This document shows, piece by piece, positions 44,045-53,869 of a stretch of DNA of 64,000 nucleotides. Position numbers and translations under genes: made by a program. Location: the IMG/VR virus record IMGVR_UViG_3300031695_000001; one strand, given 5' to 3'. This DNA comes from a virus. The notes under the pieces were generated by a model that saw nothing but the letters and a program-made list of their open reading frames with translations, was not told the DNA's origin and searched no databases. How positions within the stretch are numbered: position 1 is the stretch's first letter; every line of letters begins with the position of its first letter.

Positions 44045-45051
44045 AGTTCGTTGTAAATGTCCATAAGCGTCTTCTTATTGAAGTTGTCTGAGTCGATTGC
44101 GGCAATTTCACCAGCAACAATTTGGTCGACACTCTCAAATTGTCTTATATCTAGTTCGGTAGTAAGTTCGTCTAACTGCTTTTGTGGAATTAAACTAATT
44201 TCTCTGCAACCGTACTGGTTAATGAAGGTTTCTTTTACAAAACTAGCTTCTTCAAAGCTAATAGGCAAGTCTAAGTTAACTCGTAAGTACATATTAGGCT
44301 TAATAAGGGTTTCTTGTTCGTCTATTAGTTGACTTAGCTTGATTGTGCGATACTTAGGACAGTCTGTCCAATTAATATATTCAGGTTCTTTATCGTTTTC
44401 ACGATCAAGTATCATCATACCTCGATTATCGTCCCATGCATCAGCATAGTTGTGCGGAAATGCATTACCAATATAATGTATAACTCCTTGTTGTTGGCGC
44501 TTATGGAAGTGTCCACTAAAAACATATGATTGATGTTTAAAGTCTTCAGCTTTCAGCTCACCGTGATCGGGCATTTGTACCATAGCATTCATATAGAAGC
44601 TAGGAAGCTCAAAATGCCCAAAAACATACTTGCTTTTAAGGCTTCTAAGTTTTTTCCATTCATCACCAACTAACCAAGGAACAATAGTTACATCTTCAAT
44701 TGTAGTAATTTCGTCTATAAAGGTAATTCCTGGAATATGTTTTGCAAACGCAGTACTATTAACGTCACGCTTGTCTTTATAATACAAATCGTGATTGCCG
44801 TCAAAGAAGAAGAACTGCTCAAAGGCAGCTCCTAGCTTTTCCATGCTTCTAATAGTAGCATCCATTGTTGTTAAGTTTAAACTATTCCGATTGTGATGCC
44901 AATCTCCACAAAAAATACCAGTTTCGCAACCGTTAGCTTTTGCTTCTTTGATATACCAATCGATAAAGTCTTCACAATCCTGATTGTGTACTTTACTGTT
45001 GCCTTTTAGGCCAAAGTGAATGTCTGTAAAGACTGCGGCTTTCTTAAACAA
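44041..45051 (-). CDS. g47: Recombination endonuclease nuclease subunit (gp47/Mre11/SbcD-like)
   Basis: DIHFG, GDWHH, GNHD, GHFE, SGHFH metallophosphoesterase motifs; TTG start with GAGG RBS. Confidence 0.95.
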   Translation of the reverse strand: MFKKAAVFTDIHFGLKGNSKVHNQDCEDFIDWYIKEAKANGCETGIFCGDWHHNRNSLNLTTMDATIRSMEKLGAAFEQFFFFDGNHDLYYKDKRDVNSTAFAKHIPGITFIDEITTIEDVTIVPWLVGDEWKKLRSLKSKYVFGHFELPSFYMNAMVQMPDHGELKAEDFKHQSYVFSGHFHKRQQQGVIHYIGNAFPHNYADAWDDNRGMMILDRENDKEPEYINWTDCPKYRTIKLSQLIDEQETLIKPNMYLRVNLDLPISFEEASFVKETFINQYGCREISLIPQKQLDELTTELDIRQFESVDQIVAGEIAAIDSDNFNKKTLMDIYNEL

Positions 45052-45077
45052 ATTTAAATCCTCTATAGTTCTAATAC

Positions 45078-45106
45078 ATTATACATTAAAAGCAGGCAAA
45101 AGTCAA
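45078..45106 (-). promoter_or_regulatory. Sigma70-type promoter for g47-g46
   Basis: TTGACT (45106-45101), 17-nt spacer, TATAAT (45083-45078). Confidence 0.85.
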
Positions 45107-45954
45107 TCGCTTTTGGTTTTAGTACCTGGATTAGCCATATCGTGCTCACGCTTTTGTTGTGCTTCCCATTCACCGGAATGTTGTCTAGTAAAACTAGGAT
45201 TCATGTTATTCATTTCAAGAATATCGTCACGTATGTTCTGCGCACGTTTTTCGATGTTGATAACACGTACAAAACTGTTAGTAACAGCGGCAGTATAATA
45301 TGCAAACGGATTTTGTGACTTAGATTCGTCAAATTGTAGCCCAATTTGTGCAAGTTGTAGTATTGCTTGACCGCGCATTTCGTCATTGTAAGTGTATCCA
45401 CGTACATTACCACGTGTTGCATAACGATCACATAACTTCATCCACATCATAGCAAGCGTATTAGTTGCTTTACCATGAGTTTTATTAAAGTTACCATTTT
45501 CCATACCACCTTGCCAATGACTTTTTCCAACTAATATAAGCTCACCTTCGTCATTGTACTTGTAATGATGATATGGCGGAAAGTTTAATTTAGTTTTTGT
45601 ATCAGCAACGGTCTTTGGGTTCTTTTTACGACCTGGCTCTTCGGGTATATGGTCAAATGACATCACACGGAAGATTATTTCTTCTTTAGTAATTTTCTTA
45701 TAGTCATGTTCGCACTCTGCTTGCTTAACTTTTTCTCCTGCTAGTTTTCTACGATCGTATTCAGCAACACTTAACTTCTTTGCTTTGTTTCGTTTTGCTT
45801 CAGCAGTAGTTCTTATGTTTATTTTATCAATATCAAGTAAGATAATGTCAAAATCGGCATACGAGTCTTCAGTATAGCTACAAAAGGTAGCCTTTGATTT
45901 ATGAATTTCTTTTAATATGTCTTTGTTGTTTAGGTAATTTACACGTCTAGCCAT
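45103..45954 (-). CDS. g55: Late-transcription sigma factor (gp55-like); start moved to ATG 45954
   Basis: YLNNKDIL.EI and RGYTYNDEM...FDESKSQNPFAYYT....NSF..VI..EK motifs. GGAG RBS precedes MARRVNY; the track start at 46002 lies inside the promoter. Confidence 0.85.
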   Translation of the reverse strand: MARRVNYLNNKDILKEIHKSKATFCSYTEDSYADFDIILLDIDKINIRTTAEAKRNKAKKLSVAEYDRRKLAGEKVKQAECEHDYKKITKEEIIFRVMSFDHIPEEPGRKKNPKTVADTKTKLNFPPYHHYKYNDEGELILVGKSHWQGGMENGNFNKTHGKATNTLAMMWMKLCDRYATRGNVRGYTYNDEMRGQAILQLAQIGLQFDESKSQNPFAYYTAAVTNSFVRVINIEKRAQNIRDDILEMNNMNPSFTRQHSGEWEAQQKREHDMANPGTKTKSD

Positions 45955-45984
45955 TATTTCTCCAAGTTCTAAGATGTTACATAC

Positions 45985-46013
45985 ATTATAATATACATAC
46001 ATTAAAAAGTCAA
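45985..46013 (-). promoter_or_regulatory. Sigma70-type promoter for g55
   Basis: TTGACT (46013-46008), 17-nt spacer, TATAAT (45990-45985); same TATAATGTAT context as the g47 promoter. Confidence 0.85.
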
Positions 46014-46020
46014 CTAAATA
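46014..46020 (+). promoter_or_regulatory. Late promoter (CTAAATA) of the baseplate operon
   Basis: TAAATA core 20 nt upstream of the ATG at 46041, AAGGAG RBS between. Confidence 0.7.
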
Positions 46021-46040
46021 ACACTATAGAAGGAGCAATT

Positions 46041-46889
46041 ATGTCATTTGATAAATTTAGTAGCGTAGTAGAACAGGTCGGTGATGTTGTAAGACAAACT
46101 TCAGCCAAAGCAGTTAAAGCGATTAATCAAGCTACGTCTTTTGTAGACAATCCAATGGGTTTAATGAAAGGTATACGTAGTGCAAACTTACCAACTGACG
46201 CTATGCCAGTATTTAAATCACATACCGGCGCTACTGTTAAAATTCCTAAGGGCGATAATGACTGGCGAGTTAGTTTAAGTATTCCGCCTATTATGCAAAA
46301 CATGCCAATGGACCTATTAGGGCCCCTTGCTAAAACAGATGGTAAAATGGTATTTCCCTTCACGCCTTCTATAATATTTTCTCACTCCGCAAGCTACAAT
46401 GCAATGCAACCTACACATACTAATTATCCGTTTTTTAACTATCAGAGCTCAGCTGTGGACGCTATAACTATTGCAGGAGACTTTTTTGCTGAAAATGCAG
46501 AAGATGCAGAATATTGGGTAGCGGCTGTAACGTATTTGCGTACTGTAACTAAAATGTTTTACGGCAATAGCGAAAATGCAGGTAATCCACCGCCCATTGT
46601 TAAACTTAATGGGTATGGAGAATTTGTGTTTAATGATGTGCCTTGTGTAGTGACAGCATTTAACATTGATTTACCTCAAGACGTTGATTATATTAAAACA
46701 TCAAATGTAACAACTACTCCGGCAAGACTTGGAAATGAGCCAACATCACAATCTGGACCAGGAACTTGGGTACCAGCACAAAGTTTAATCTCAGTAACAG
46801 TACAACCAATATACAGTAGAGCAAAACAAGCAGAATTTAATTTAAATAATTTTGTTAGCGGCGACTTAATAACTAAAGGAATGATTTAA
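46041..46889 (+). CDS. Baseplate tube-initiator-like protein (gp48/gp54-type)
   Basis: FPFTPSI...GNPPPIVKLNGYG..VFNDVPCVVT.F pattern of contractile-tail tube initiators; precedes the gp53-like gene. Confidence 0.55.
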   Translation: MSFDKFSSVVEQVGDVVRQTSAKAVKAINQATSFVDNPMGLMKGIRSANLPTDAMPVFKSHTGATVKIPKGDNDWRVSLSIPPIMQNMPMDLLGPLAKTDGKMVFPFTPSIIFSHSASYNAMQPTHTNYPFFNYQSSAVDAITIAGDFFAENAEDAEYWVAAVTYLRTVTKMFYGNSENAGNPPPIVKLNGYGEFVFNDVPCVVTAFNIDLPQDVDYIKTSNVTTTPARLGNEPTSQSGPGTWVPAQSLISVTVQPIYSRAKQAEFNLNNFVSGDLITKGMI

Positions 46890-47191
46890 TGGCAACTTAC
46901 GGAAATAGCAGTCCTTGGCAAAATACTAAAGTTGTAGATAATCAGTATCTTGGACATTTTGAAATTAGACCTGTGCCCGGTGAAGCTGATGACATCCTTT
47001 ATGAGATTGAAACACAATACACTCATAGACCAGACTTATTAGCGTATGACTTATACGGTACTACAAAATTATGGTGGGTATTTGCACAAAGAAATATGGA
47101 TACAATAAAAGATCCAGTATATGACATTGAAGCAGGCGTTGGTATTTTTCTACCAAAAGGTCCTTCATTAAAACGATTGCTAGGAATGTAA
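46889..47191 (+). CDS. g53: Baseplate wedge protein, gp53/LysM-like
   Basis: RPDLLAYDLYGTTKLWWVFAQRN..I.DP..D...G..I.LP. Confidence 0.75.
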   Translation: MATYGNSSPWQNTKVVDNQYLGHFEIRPVPGEADDILYEIETQYTHRPDLLAYDLYGTTKLWWVFAQRNMDTIKDPVYDIEAGVGIFLPKGPSLKRLLGM

Positions 47192-47194
47192 ATT

Positions 47195-49846
47195 ATGAGC
47201 GGACATCATAGTTTTACCGGAATAAAAAATAATATAACAAAAAAACTGAATGTTATTAGCAATCATCATCCGGAATTAACACAACCTATAAACAATGTAG
47301 CCGCTGTCACCAGCGCAATCCATGTTGGCACAACTACAGAATTTAATGCTAGACGGGGAGGCGCTGTTGTTGATGCCGCCAAAGAAAAAGCAATGGACTT
47401 TTCAGCATCTCCGGGATCTGTAGGAAAAACATCTACACCGGGCGAACTTGAACCAGGAATTACTCCAGCACCGTGGGCTAATGAACTTGAAGGTTTTGCA
47501 AGTATGAACTGTATAGTAACACTTTCTGTATTAAGTGTTGACGAAGTTAACGATCCTGATGGCACTTATAGATCTAGCGGATTGCGAAATGATTCAATAA
47601 TTGCTAGAAGTGGCGGTAGCGGTAAGTTTAAAGTTAAAACAGCATATGAAAAAGTTCTAGGCAAATCCTTAGAGTTTTTTATAGATGATTTAGAGTTTAT
47701 AGCAGTATGTTCTCCAGATATTAATTCTAGAAATGCTAACGTAACAACACTAGAATTTAAAATTCAAGAACCATATAGTATGGGATTATTTTTAAATGCC
47801 CTTAAAGCGGCAGCAACTATAGGCGGTCATCCAAACTATGTAGCGGCAACTTATATGTTAACTCTTGAATTTGTCGGAACTGACGAAGAAGGTAATGTAG
47901 GACAAGCACCTCATTCAAGAAGATTTCTTCCAATTAAATTTAAAAACGTTGAGTTTCAAGTCACTGGCGCTGGCTCAGAATATAATTGTTCAGCATATCT
48001 ATCCAACGAACAAGCATTAACTGACAGAGTGACTCAAATAAAAACTGATGTTTCAATAACTGGATCAACAGTTAGAGAACTGTTACAAACAGGCGGACAA
48101 AGTTTAACAACTGTTATCAATTCTAGATTGCTTGACAAAGAAGAAAATGATGAACTTGACACAGCTGATCAATATGTTATTATATTTCCTAGCTCGGGAG
48201 AGTATAATAGTAACAATAGAAACAGCTCTCAAGTTGCTTCAACCCAAAATCGTGCAATGCAAACAGCAGACGGGCCACCTGGCTCTACCGCAGTAGACTT
48301 TACATTATCAAAAGCTGAATTACAAAAACAGTATAGTTCTATAACTGGCAATACTGATGATGTTCCTTTAAACTACGAAGAGTACATAAGTCAAATTACT
48401 GGTATTGTTAAATCTTCGTCACAATTTGGAAAAGCATTTAAAGATTATGCAAACAGCGATTATGCAAAAAATGAAGTAGGCGAAAGTGACATCATTGCTA
48501 ACCCAGGCGAAACAGGACAATCGCCAATGGGCCAGATGAAGTATGCAGAAGAGTTAGTTGATAATATTCCTATTTTTTCTAGAGGATCTGCGCAACTACA
48601 AACTAGTTCTACTAATAGAATGTTTAAGTTTCTAAAAGGAACAAGAATACAAGATATTATTGAAGAAGTATTATTAATAAGCACATACGGACAAAATCTT
48701 GCAACACAACTTTCTGACATTACTGACCCGATGGGAATGATTACTTGGTATAGAATAGAAACTGATGTTTATATAGTGCCCGGCTCGAAAGAAGTTTTAC
48801 GATCAGGCAATACTCCAAATATATATGTTTATAGAGTTGTTCCGTACAAAGTACATTCTAGTATATTTAATAACCCAACAGCACCGGCTATTGGAATAAG
48901 CGAGTTAAAATCAGTTGCCGCTAAAGAATACAATTATATATACACAGGACTTAACAAAGATATTTTAGATGTAGATATAAAATATAAATTTGCATTCCAA
49001 TCAGGAGCCATTGCTGATTCAGGTGCGCTAACAGCCAGTCAACGAAAAGGTACTGCTAATAAATCTTCAGCTGACCAAACAGACAATGATTATAAACTAA
49101 GTCAAGGTGGCACTGGTAATGCTCCAACTGAAGGAATTGGCGGAACATACGAAACTATTAACAATACTGCAATGGCTAATGGCGGCTCGGAGATAAGCAA
49201 TGCAGATATCAATATTGCAAGAGGATTTAATCAACGCCTAGTAAATAGTCATGCAGACTTGCTTATGATGACTATGACAATTATGGGCGATCCGTTTTAT
49301 ATAAGCGACAACGGCGCTGGCAATTATCATGTTGGCGGAGATAACTCGTATACTAACATGACAAAAGATGGAACAGCAAATTATTCCAATGGACAACTTC
49401 ATATTAACTTATTATTTAGAACACCAGTTGACATTAATGAAGATACAGGCGGATATATTTACCCTGAAGATTTGCTATTAGTTGAATCATTTAGTGGAAT
49501 ATATTCAGTTATTAGAGTTGAGAGCTCTATTTCAGGAAATAAATTTACGCAAGTACTAACTATGAATAGAGTAATTAACCAACAAGAAACTGAAACAACA
49601 GCAGGCGCTGCCAAATTTGAAGAAAGTTTCGGGAGCGAATCTCCTGATTGGCGGGACCGTATGAATAGGCTGGGCGGCGATACAGGCGGCCCTCATGGAG
49701 GCATTACTTCAAACATAGCTGGCTCTGGACCAGCTGGGCAATATGTTCCAATTGTTACTCCAGAGGCTCTCAAGGAAGTAGCCGACATAAGAAAACAAGT
49801 TGCATTAGACCGCAAATTTACAACACCAACCGGCGGCGCCCGATGA
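47195..49846 (+). CDS. Baseplate hub protein (gp27-like, enlarged)
   Basis: Position between gp53-like and gp5-like genes; late motif TIMGDP...FSGIYSVIRVESSISGNKFTQVL typical of hub proteins. Confidence 0.55.
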   Translation: MSGHHSFTGIKNNITKKLNVISNHHPELTQPINNVAAVTSAIHVGTTTEFNARRGGAVVDAAKEKAMDFSASPGSVGKTSTPGELEPGITPAPWANELEGFASMNCIVTLSVLSVDEVNDPDGTYRSSGLRNDSIIARSGGSGKFKVKTAYEKVLGKSLEFFIDDLEFIAVCSPDINSRNANVTTLEFKIQEPYSMGLFLNALKAAATIGGHPNYVAATYMLTLEFVGTDEEGNVGQAPHSRRFLPIKFKNVEFQVTGAGSEYNCSAYLSNEQALTDRVTQIKTDVSITGSTVRELLQTGGQSLTTVINSRLLDKEENDELDTADQYVIIFPSSGEYNSNNRNSSQVASTQNRAMQTADGPPGSTAVDFTLSKAELQKQYSSITGNTDDVPLNYEEYISQITGIVKSSSQFGKAFKDYANSDYAKNEVGESDIIANPGETGQSPMGQMKYAEELVDNIPIFSRGSAQLQTSSTNRMFKFLKGTRIQDIIEEVLLISTYGQNLATQLSDITDPMGMITWYRIETDVYIVPGSKEVLRSGNTPNIYVYRVVPYKVHSSIFNNPTAPAIGISELKSVAAKEYNYIYTGLNKDILDVDIKYKFAFQSGAIADSGALTASQRKGTANKSSADQTDNDYKLSQGGTGNAPTEGIGGTYETINNTAMANGGSEISNADINIARGFNQRLVNSHADLLMMTMTIMGDPFYISDNGAGNYHVGGDNSYTNMTKDGTANYSNGQLHINLLFRTPVDINEDTGGYIYPEDLLLVESFSGIYSVIRVESSISGNKFTQVLTMNRVINQQETETTAGAAKFEESFGSESPDWRDRMNRLGGDTGGPHGGITSNIAGSGPAGQYVPIVTPEALKEVADIRKQVALDRKFTTPTGGAR

Positions 49847-49865
49847 TTAGTGAGAAATAATAACA

Positions 49866-52580
49866 ATGTCAGAAAATCCAAATATACTAAGAGCCAACAA
49901 ATACGTTAACTCCAGTTCGACGGGTCCGTTTGAAGCAATTGTAGTAAACCATTTAGATCCGCATTATATGGGAACATTGCAAGTTGAATTATTAAAGCAA
50001 ACTGGCTCAGGTAATCAACCTGAAACTACAGGACAAATGGTTGAAGCTAGATATTTAAGTCCGTTTTATGGCGTAACACCTTTATCACAAAATTCCAACA
50101 ATGCAGGTTACAAAAATACACAAAAGTCATATGGCTTTTGGGGAGTTCCGCCAGATATTGGTACTACTGTTTTAGTAATACTTGTAGAAGGAAATATATC
50201 CAAAGCATATTGGATTGGATGTGTACAAGAAGAAAACATGAACTTTATGGTTCCTGGATATGCTGGTACAGATAACTTAGATGGCCAGCCTGCAGGTATT
50301 AGGGCACCTGCCGCAGAATATAATAAAAAAATACAGTCAGCAAAACTTACAGATGCAACACGGTATAAAAAGCCTGCACATGATGATATGGCAATAAGTT
50401 TAATCCAACAAGGATTGCTAGAAGACGACACTCGAGGAATAACAACATCAAGTGCAAGGCGAGAAGTTCCTAGTGCAGTATTTGGTATTAGTACAGGAGG
50501 GCCTCTAGACAAGCGACCTGGTGCTCCTAAGGCAGAACAAGGACCAGTTGGCCTAAAAGCTAACTTACATACCCATAGACTTGGCGGATCATCATTTGTT
50601 ATGGACGATGGTGACGACAAGTTTATAAGAAAAGGTAAAGCAGAAAGCACTCCGATGGAGTACGTAAGTTTAGAAGCAGGCGAAGCAGGCGGAGATCCTA
50701 CATTGCCTGCTAATGAATTATTTAGGATGCGAACACGCACAGGTCATCAGATATTAATGCATAATACTGAAGACTTAATTTATATTGGTAATGCCAAAGG
50801 CACTGCTTGGATTGAACTTACGTCTAACGGAAAAATTGATATTTTTGCCGCAGATAGTATAAGCATTCATACACAGGAAGATATAAACTTTACAGCAGAC
50901 AGAGATATAAACTTTACAGCTGGTCAAAATTTAAACATGGTAGTAGGTAAAGATCTTAAAGCTACTACTGGATCTAACACAAACTTTGTTGTAGGAACAA
51001 ACGCTCTTTGGAATGTAGGCGATAGTTATGAAGTAGCCGCAGGATCTAACATAACACAATCTGCTGAAGAAAACGCAACATATTCGTCTACTGGTAATGC
51101 TAACTTTTTATCTGCCGCAGAAGTGTTTCTTGGTTCATCTGGCGGAAATGTTAATATTGATGCATTTAATAATTTAATTGTTAATGCTGATAAAGAAGGC
51201 CATATACATATTGGAACTGATTTACATATCACTTCTAAAGGTGAAACAGATATTAAGTCAACTGGCGAAATGGCAGTGCAAAGTACTGCGGCTATGAGGA
51301 TTCACAGCGAAGCTACACTAGATATTCTTGGAGCAACTACTACAAAAATTACTTCAACAGGCACATTAGACATTAACGGCGGAACTGCAATTAAAGTAAC
51401 TGGTGGACAAATAGATTTAAACTCTGCAGACGCTATTGCATCTATAGCAGTAGCTGGCGCCGCAGAAACTGCATTAGTACCGGCAGCTCCGACGCCTACT
51501 GCTCCTGAGCCGGCAGCACTAGCTGGGCAAGCGGCAAGAGTACCACAGCACGAGCCATGGTACGAACACGAAAACTTAAATCCGTTAGCATACACACCAG
51601 AAAAAACTAGAGCAAATACGGAACAAACTCAAACTTTTGTTCCGCGTACTCCAGACACGTTTGCTAAATCAATTGGAGTTCCTAAGAAAGGTGCTCCGCC
51701 TACTAAGTCAACTAGACAGAATAATACAGGCGATGTAGGTGTAACAACTAGTGGCACTTATACTACACCTGCAGGAAATCCAGCTAGGGCTACATCAACA
51801 AATGCACAAGGTGCACCTGTCTCTAATGATGTTAGGGAACGTGCTAGAATATTAGCACAAAGTATGCGAGCAGTTGGGTTTACTGACAACGAAACATTAC
51901 TTTCTATTATTGCAGTATGTCATACAGAAAGTAGATTACTACCTGCAGAAGAACTTAGTTATGGAAATAATACAAACGCTTATATTCGTAGTATATTTAA
52001 AACTGCAACTAGAGGTGTTAGTGAAGCTGAATTAACTGCGGCTAAAGCAACAAAGGCAACTTTCTTTGAACTAGTGTATGGTAACAACAATAAAAAAGGA
52101 CTTGAATTAGGTAATGAGTTTGACGGCGACGGCGGAGCATTTATAGGAAGGGGCGTTATACAAATAACTGGTAGAGCTAACTATGAAACATTTGGAAAAG
52201 CCGCTGGATTAATAGATGAAACATTAATTGACGGTCCTGTTAGTGATGTTGATCCGGAAGGCACTAATACAAACCCATTTGGTGTTAAAATACTATTTGA
52301 TCCAAAATTGTTAGCTACTGACTTTGTAACAAGTTGTGACGTTGCGGCACAATATCTTAAAGCAAGATATAGACCAAACCGAGGTAAGGGTATTTTGGGT
52401 GATTTACGAATAGCAATTAACCCAGGTGGATACGATCATGCATATCCTAAGGATTTAGCATTTTACAAAGGATTAGATACTACTTGGTTAGAAGCACCTA
52501 AGCCTGAATCAACAGCAGGCATTAATGATAATGTTGCAAGTGCAGGCGGCACACAAGAAGTAAATAAAGGACCACAATAA
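49866..52580 (+). CDS. g5: Baseplate spike gp5-like protein with a C-terminal GH19/lysozyme-like domain
   Basis: OB-fold part (DPHYMGTLQV...PPDIGTTVLV...YWIG), RTRTGHQILM, beta-helix repeats, Pro/Ala/Thr linker, then HTES...FIGRGVIQITGRANY...AINPG. Confidence 0.75.
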   Translation: MSENPNILRANKYVNSSSTGPFEAIVVNHLDPHYMGTLQVELLKQTGSGNQPETTGQMVEARYLSPFYGVTPLSQNSNNAGYKNTQKSYGFWGVPPDIGTTVLVILVEGNISKAYWIGCVQEENMNFMVPGYAGTDNLDGQPAGIRAPAAEYNKKIQSAKLTDATRYKKPAHDDMAISLIQQGLLEDDTRGITTSSARREVPSAVFGISTGGPLDKRPGAPKAEQGPVGLKANLHTHRLGGSSFVMDDGDDKFIRKGKAESTPMEYVSLEAGEAGGDPTLPANELFRMRTRTGHQILMHNTEDLIYIGNAKGTAWIELTSNGKIDIFAADSISIHTQEDINFTADRDINFTAGQNLNMVVGKDLKATTGSNTNFVVGTNALWNVGDSYEVAAGSNITQSAEENATYSSTGNANFLSAAEVFLGSSGGNVNIDAFNNLIVNADKEGHIHIGTDLHITSKGETDIKSTGEMAVQSTAAMRIHSEATLDILGATTTKITSTGTLDINGGTAIKVTGGQIDLNSADAIASIAVAGAAETALVPAAPTPTAPEPAALAGQAARVPQHEPWYEHENLNPLAYTPEKTRANTEQTQTFVPRTPDTFAKSIGVPKKGAPPTKSTRQNNTGDVGVTTSGTYTTPAGNPARATSTNAQGAPVSNDVRERARILAQSMRAVGFTDNETLLSIIAVCHTESRLLPAEELSYGNNTNAYIRSIFKTATRGVSEAELTAAKATKATFFELVYGNNNKKGLELGNEFDGDGGAFIGRGVIQITGRANYETFGKAAGLIDETLIDGPVSDVDPEGTNTNPFGVKILFDPKLLATDFVTSCDVAAQYLKARYRPNRGKGILGDLRIAINPGGYDHAYPKDLAFYKGLDTTWLEAPKPESTAGINDNVASAGGTQEVNKGPQ

Positions 52581-53347
52581 TGTGTAATGTTTTTATACCA
52601 GAAGTTAAAGTAACACGCCCTGGCATGGTACAAGATTTATCATCACAGTCTGCAGGACTAAATGAACAACGGTTTAATTATACCGGAGCTGAATCAAACC
52701 TTGAAGGTGATTATCCTCAAAGCACCGGCGGTTTAAATTCACAAAGTGGATCACCAATTGTCTATGCAGATCCCGGACCAATTCCTTCAGGGCCTGGATA
52801 CTTAAAATTAAAAGCTATACTTGATAACGTCATAACAGGTGATTGGAAGGAAAGAGGAAAAGTTGGAAATCCAAATATATTAGCATGTTACAGTGTATGT
52901 GGACATTCTTATTCGCAAGATAGCGGATCAATGGCATATGCATGGTGCGCGGCATTTATAAGTTATGCACTAAAAACAGCCGGTATTGATAGCTTACGTT
53001 CTATGAGCAGTCAAGCATATAAAAATTATGGAAATGAAGTTGATTGGCGCACACTAGACAAAATAAGATACTTAGATATTTGTGTCTTTAAGTCAAGAAC
53101 ACGATCCGGCGGCCATATAGGATTTATTGTAGGTGTAGACAACAAGACAGGCAAACTTAAAATACTCGGAGGCAACCAAGGCGATAATGCTAAAGTATCA
53201 ACTTACAGTGTTTCAAGTAACAGCCAGTATGTATTAAACATTAAACGTAACTGGGATATTCCAGCAGAGTACAATAAGCCGTTGTTTGGCAATAATAAAT
53301 TAGATATTAATGCTGTATCAACTGGCACAAATAGTACAACAATTTAA
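52580..53347 (+). CDS. CHAP/NlpC-P60-like cell-wall peptidase (TIGR02594-like)
   Basis: NPNIL, AWCAAF (catalytic Cys), GHIGF (His), LGGNQGD. Confidence 0.75.
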   Translation: MCNVFIPEVKVTRPGMVQDLSSQSAGLNEQRFNYTGAESNLEGDYPQSTGGLNSQSGSPIVYADPGPIPSGPGYLKLKAILDNVITGDWKERGKVGNPNILACYSVCGHSYSQDSGSMAYAWCAAFISYALKTAGIDSLRSMSSQAYKNYGNEVDWRTLDKIRYLDICVFKSRTRSGGHIGFIVGVDNKTGKLKILGGNQGDNAKVSTYSVSSNSQYVLNIKRNWDIPAEYNKPLFGNNKLDINAVSTGTNSTTI

Positions 53348-53362
53348 GTAGGTAAATACAGT

Positions 53363-53812
53363 ATGAGCACATTAGAAAAAAGTATATATGAAAGAATTAC
53401 AGTAGCTGGCGATAAGAAAGCGCCTAATAAGCCTCCGGCGTCTAGAGCTTATAGAGGACTTAGTACAGTAAACCCAAATAATACGTCAACTACGTTATAT
53501 GACCTTTCGTTAATTAAACAAGATTTAATAAATCATTTTCATATTAGACAAGGTGAAAAATTAGAAAATCCTGAGTTTGGAACAATCATTTGGGAAGTTT
53601 TATTTGAACCAATGACAGCGGCATTAAAAAACGCCGTTGCAAAGAATGTTACTGATATTGTAAATTACGATCCGCGTACACAAGTAAATTCAGTAATAGT
53701 TGACTCGTTTGAAACTGGAATTCAGATTGAATTGGATCTTACATATCTTCCGTACAATATATCTGAATCAATGCGCTTAACTTTTGATGAAAACAATGGT
53801 TTAATTTCGTAA
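53363..53812 (+). CDS. g25: Baseplate wedge gp25
   Basis: IKQDLINHF.IRQGEK..NPEFG..IW..LFEP...IVNYDPR; late promoter GTAAATA at 53352-53358. Confidence 0.9.
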   Translation: MSTLEKSIYERITVAGDKKAPNKPPASRAYRGLSTVNPNNTSTTLYDLSLIKQDLINHFHIRQGEKLENPEFGTIIWEVLFEPMTAALKNAVAKNVTDIVNYDPRTQVNSVIVDSFETGIQIELDLTYLPYNISESMRLTFDENNGLIS

Positions 53813-53869
53813 CTTATATACGCACTTATCCGAAACCAATAAATACATGTAAGTGAAGGAAGCAATAAT

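Noticed and set aside
45955-46002. Track start for g55 at 46002 (and for g22 at 31859)
   Set aside because: 46002 lies within the promoter spacer; better RBS-linked ATGs are at 45954 and 31841.
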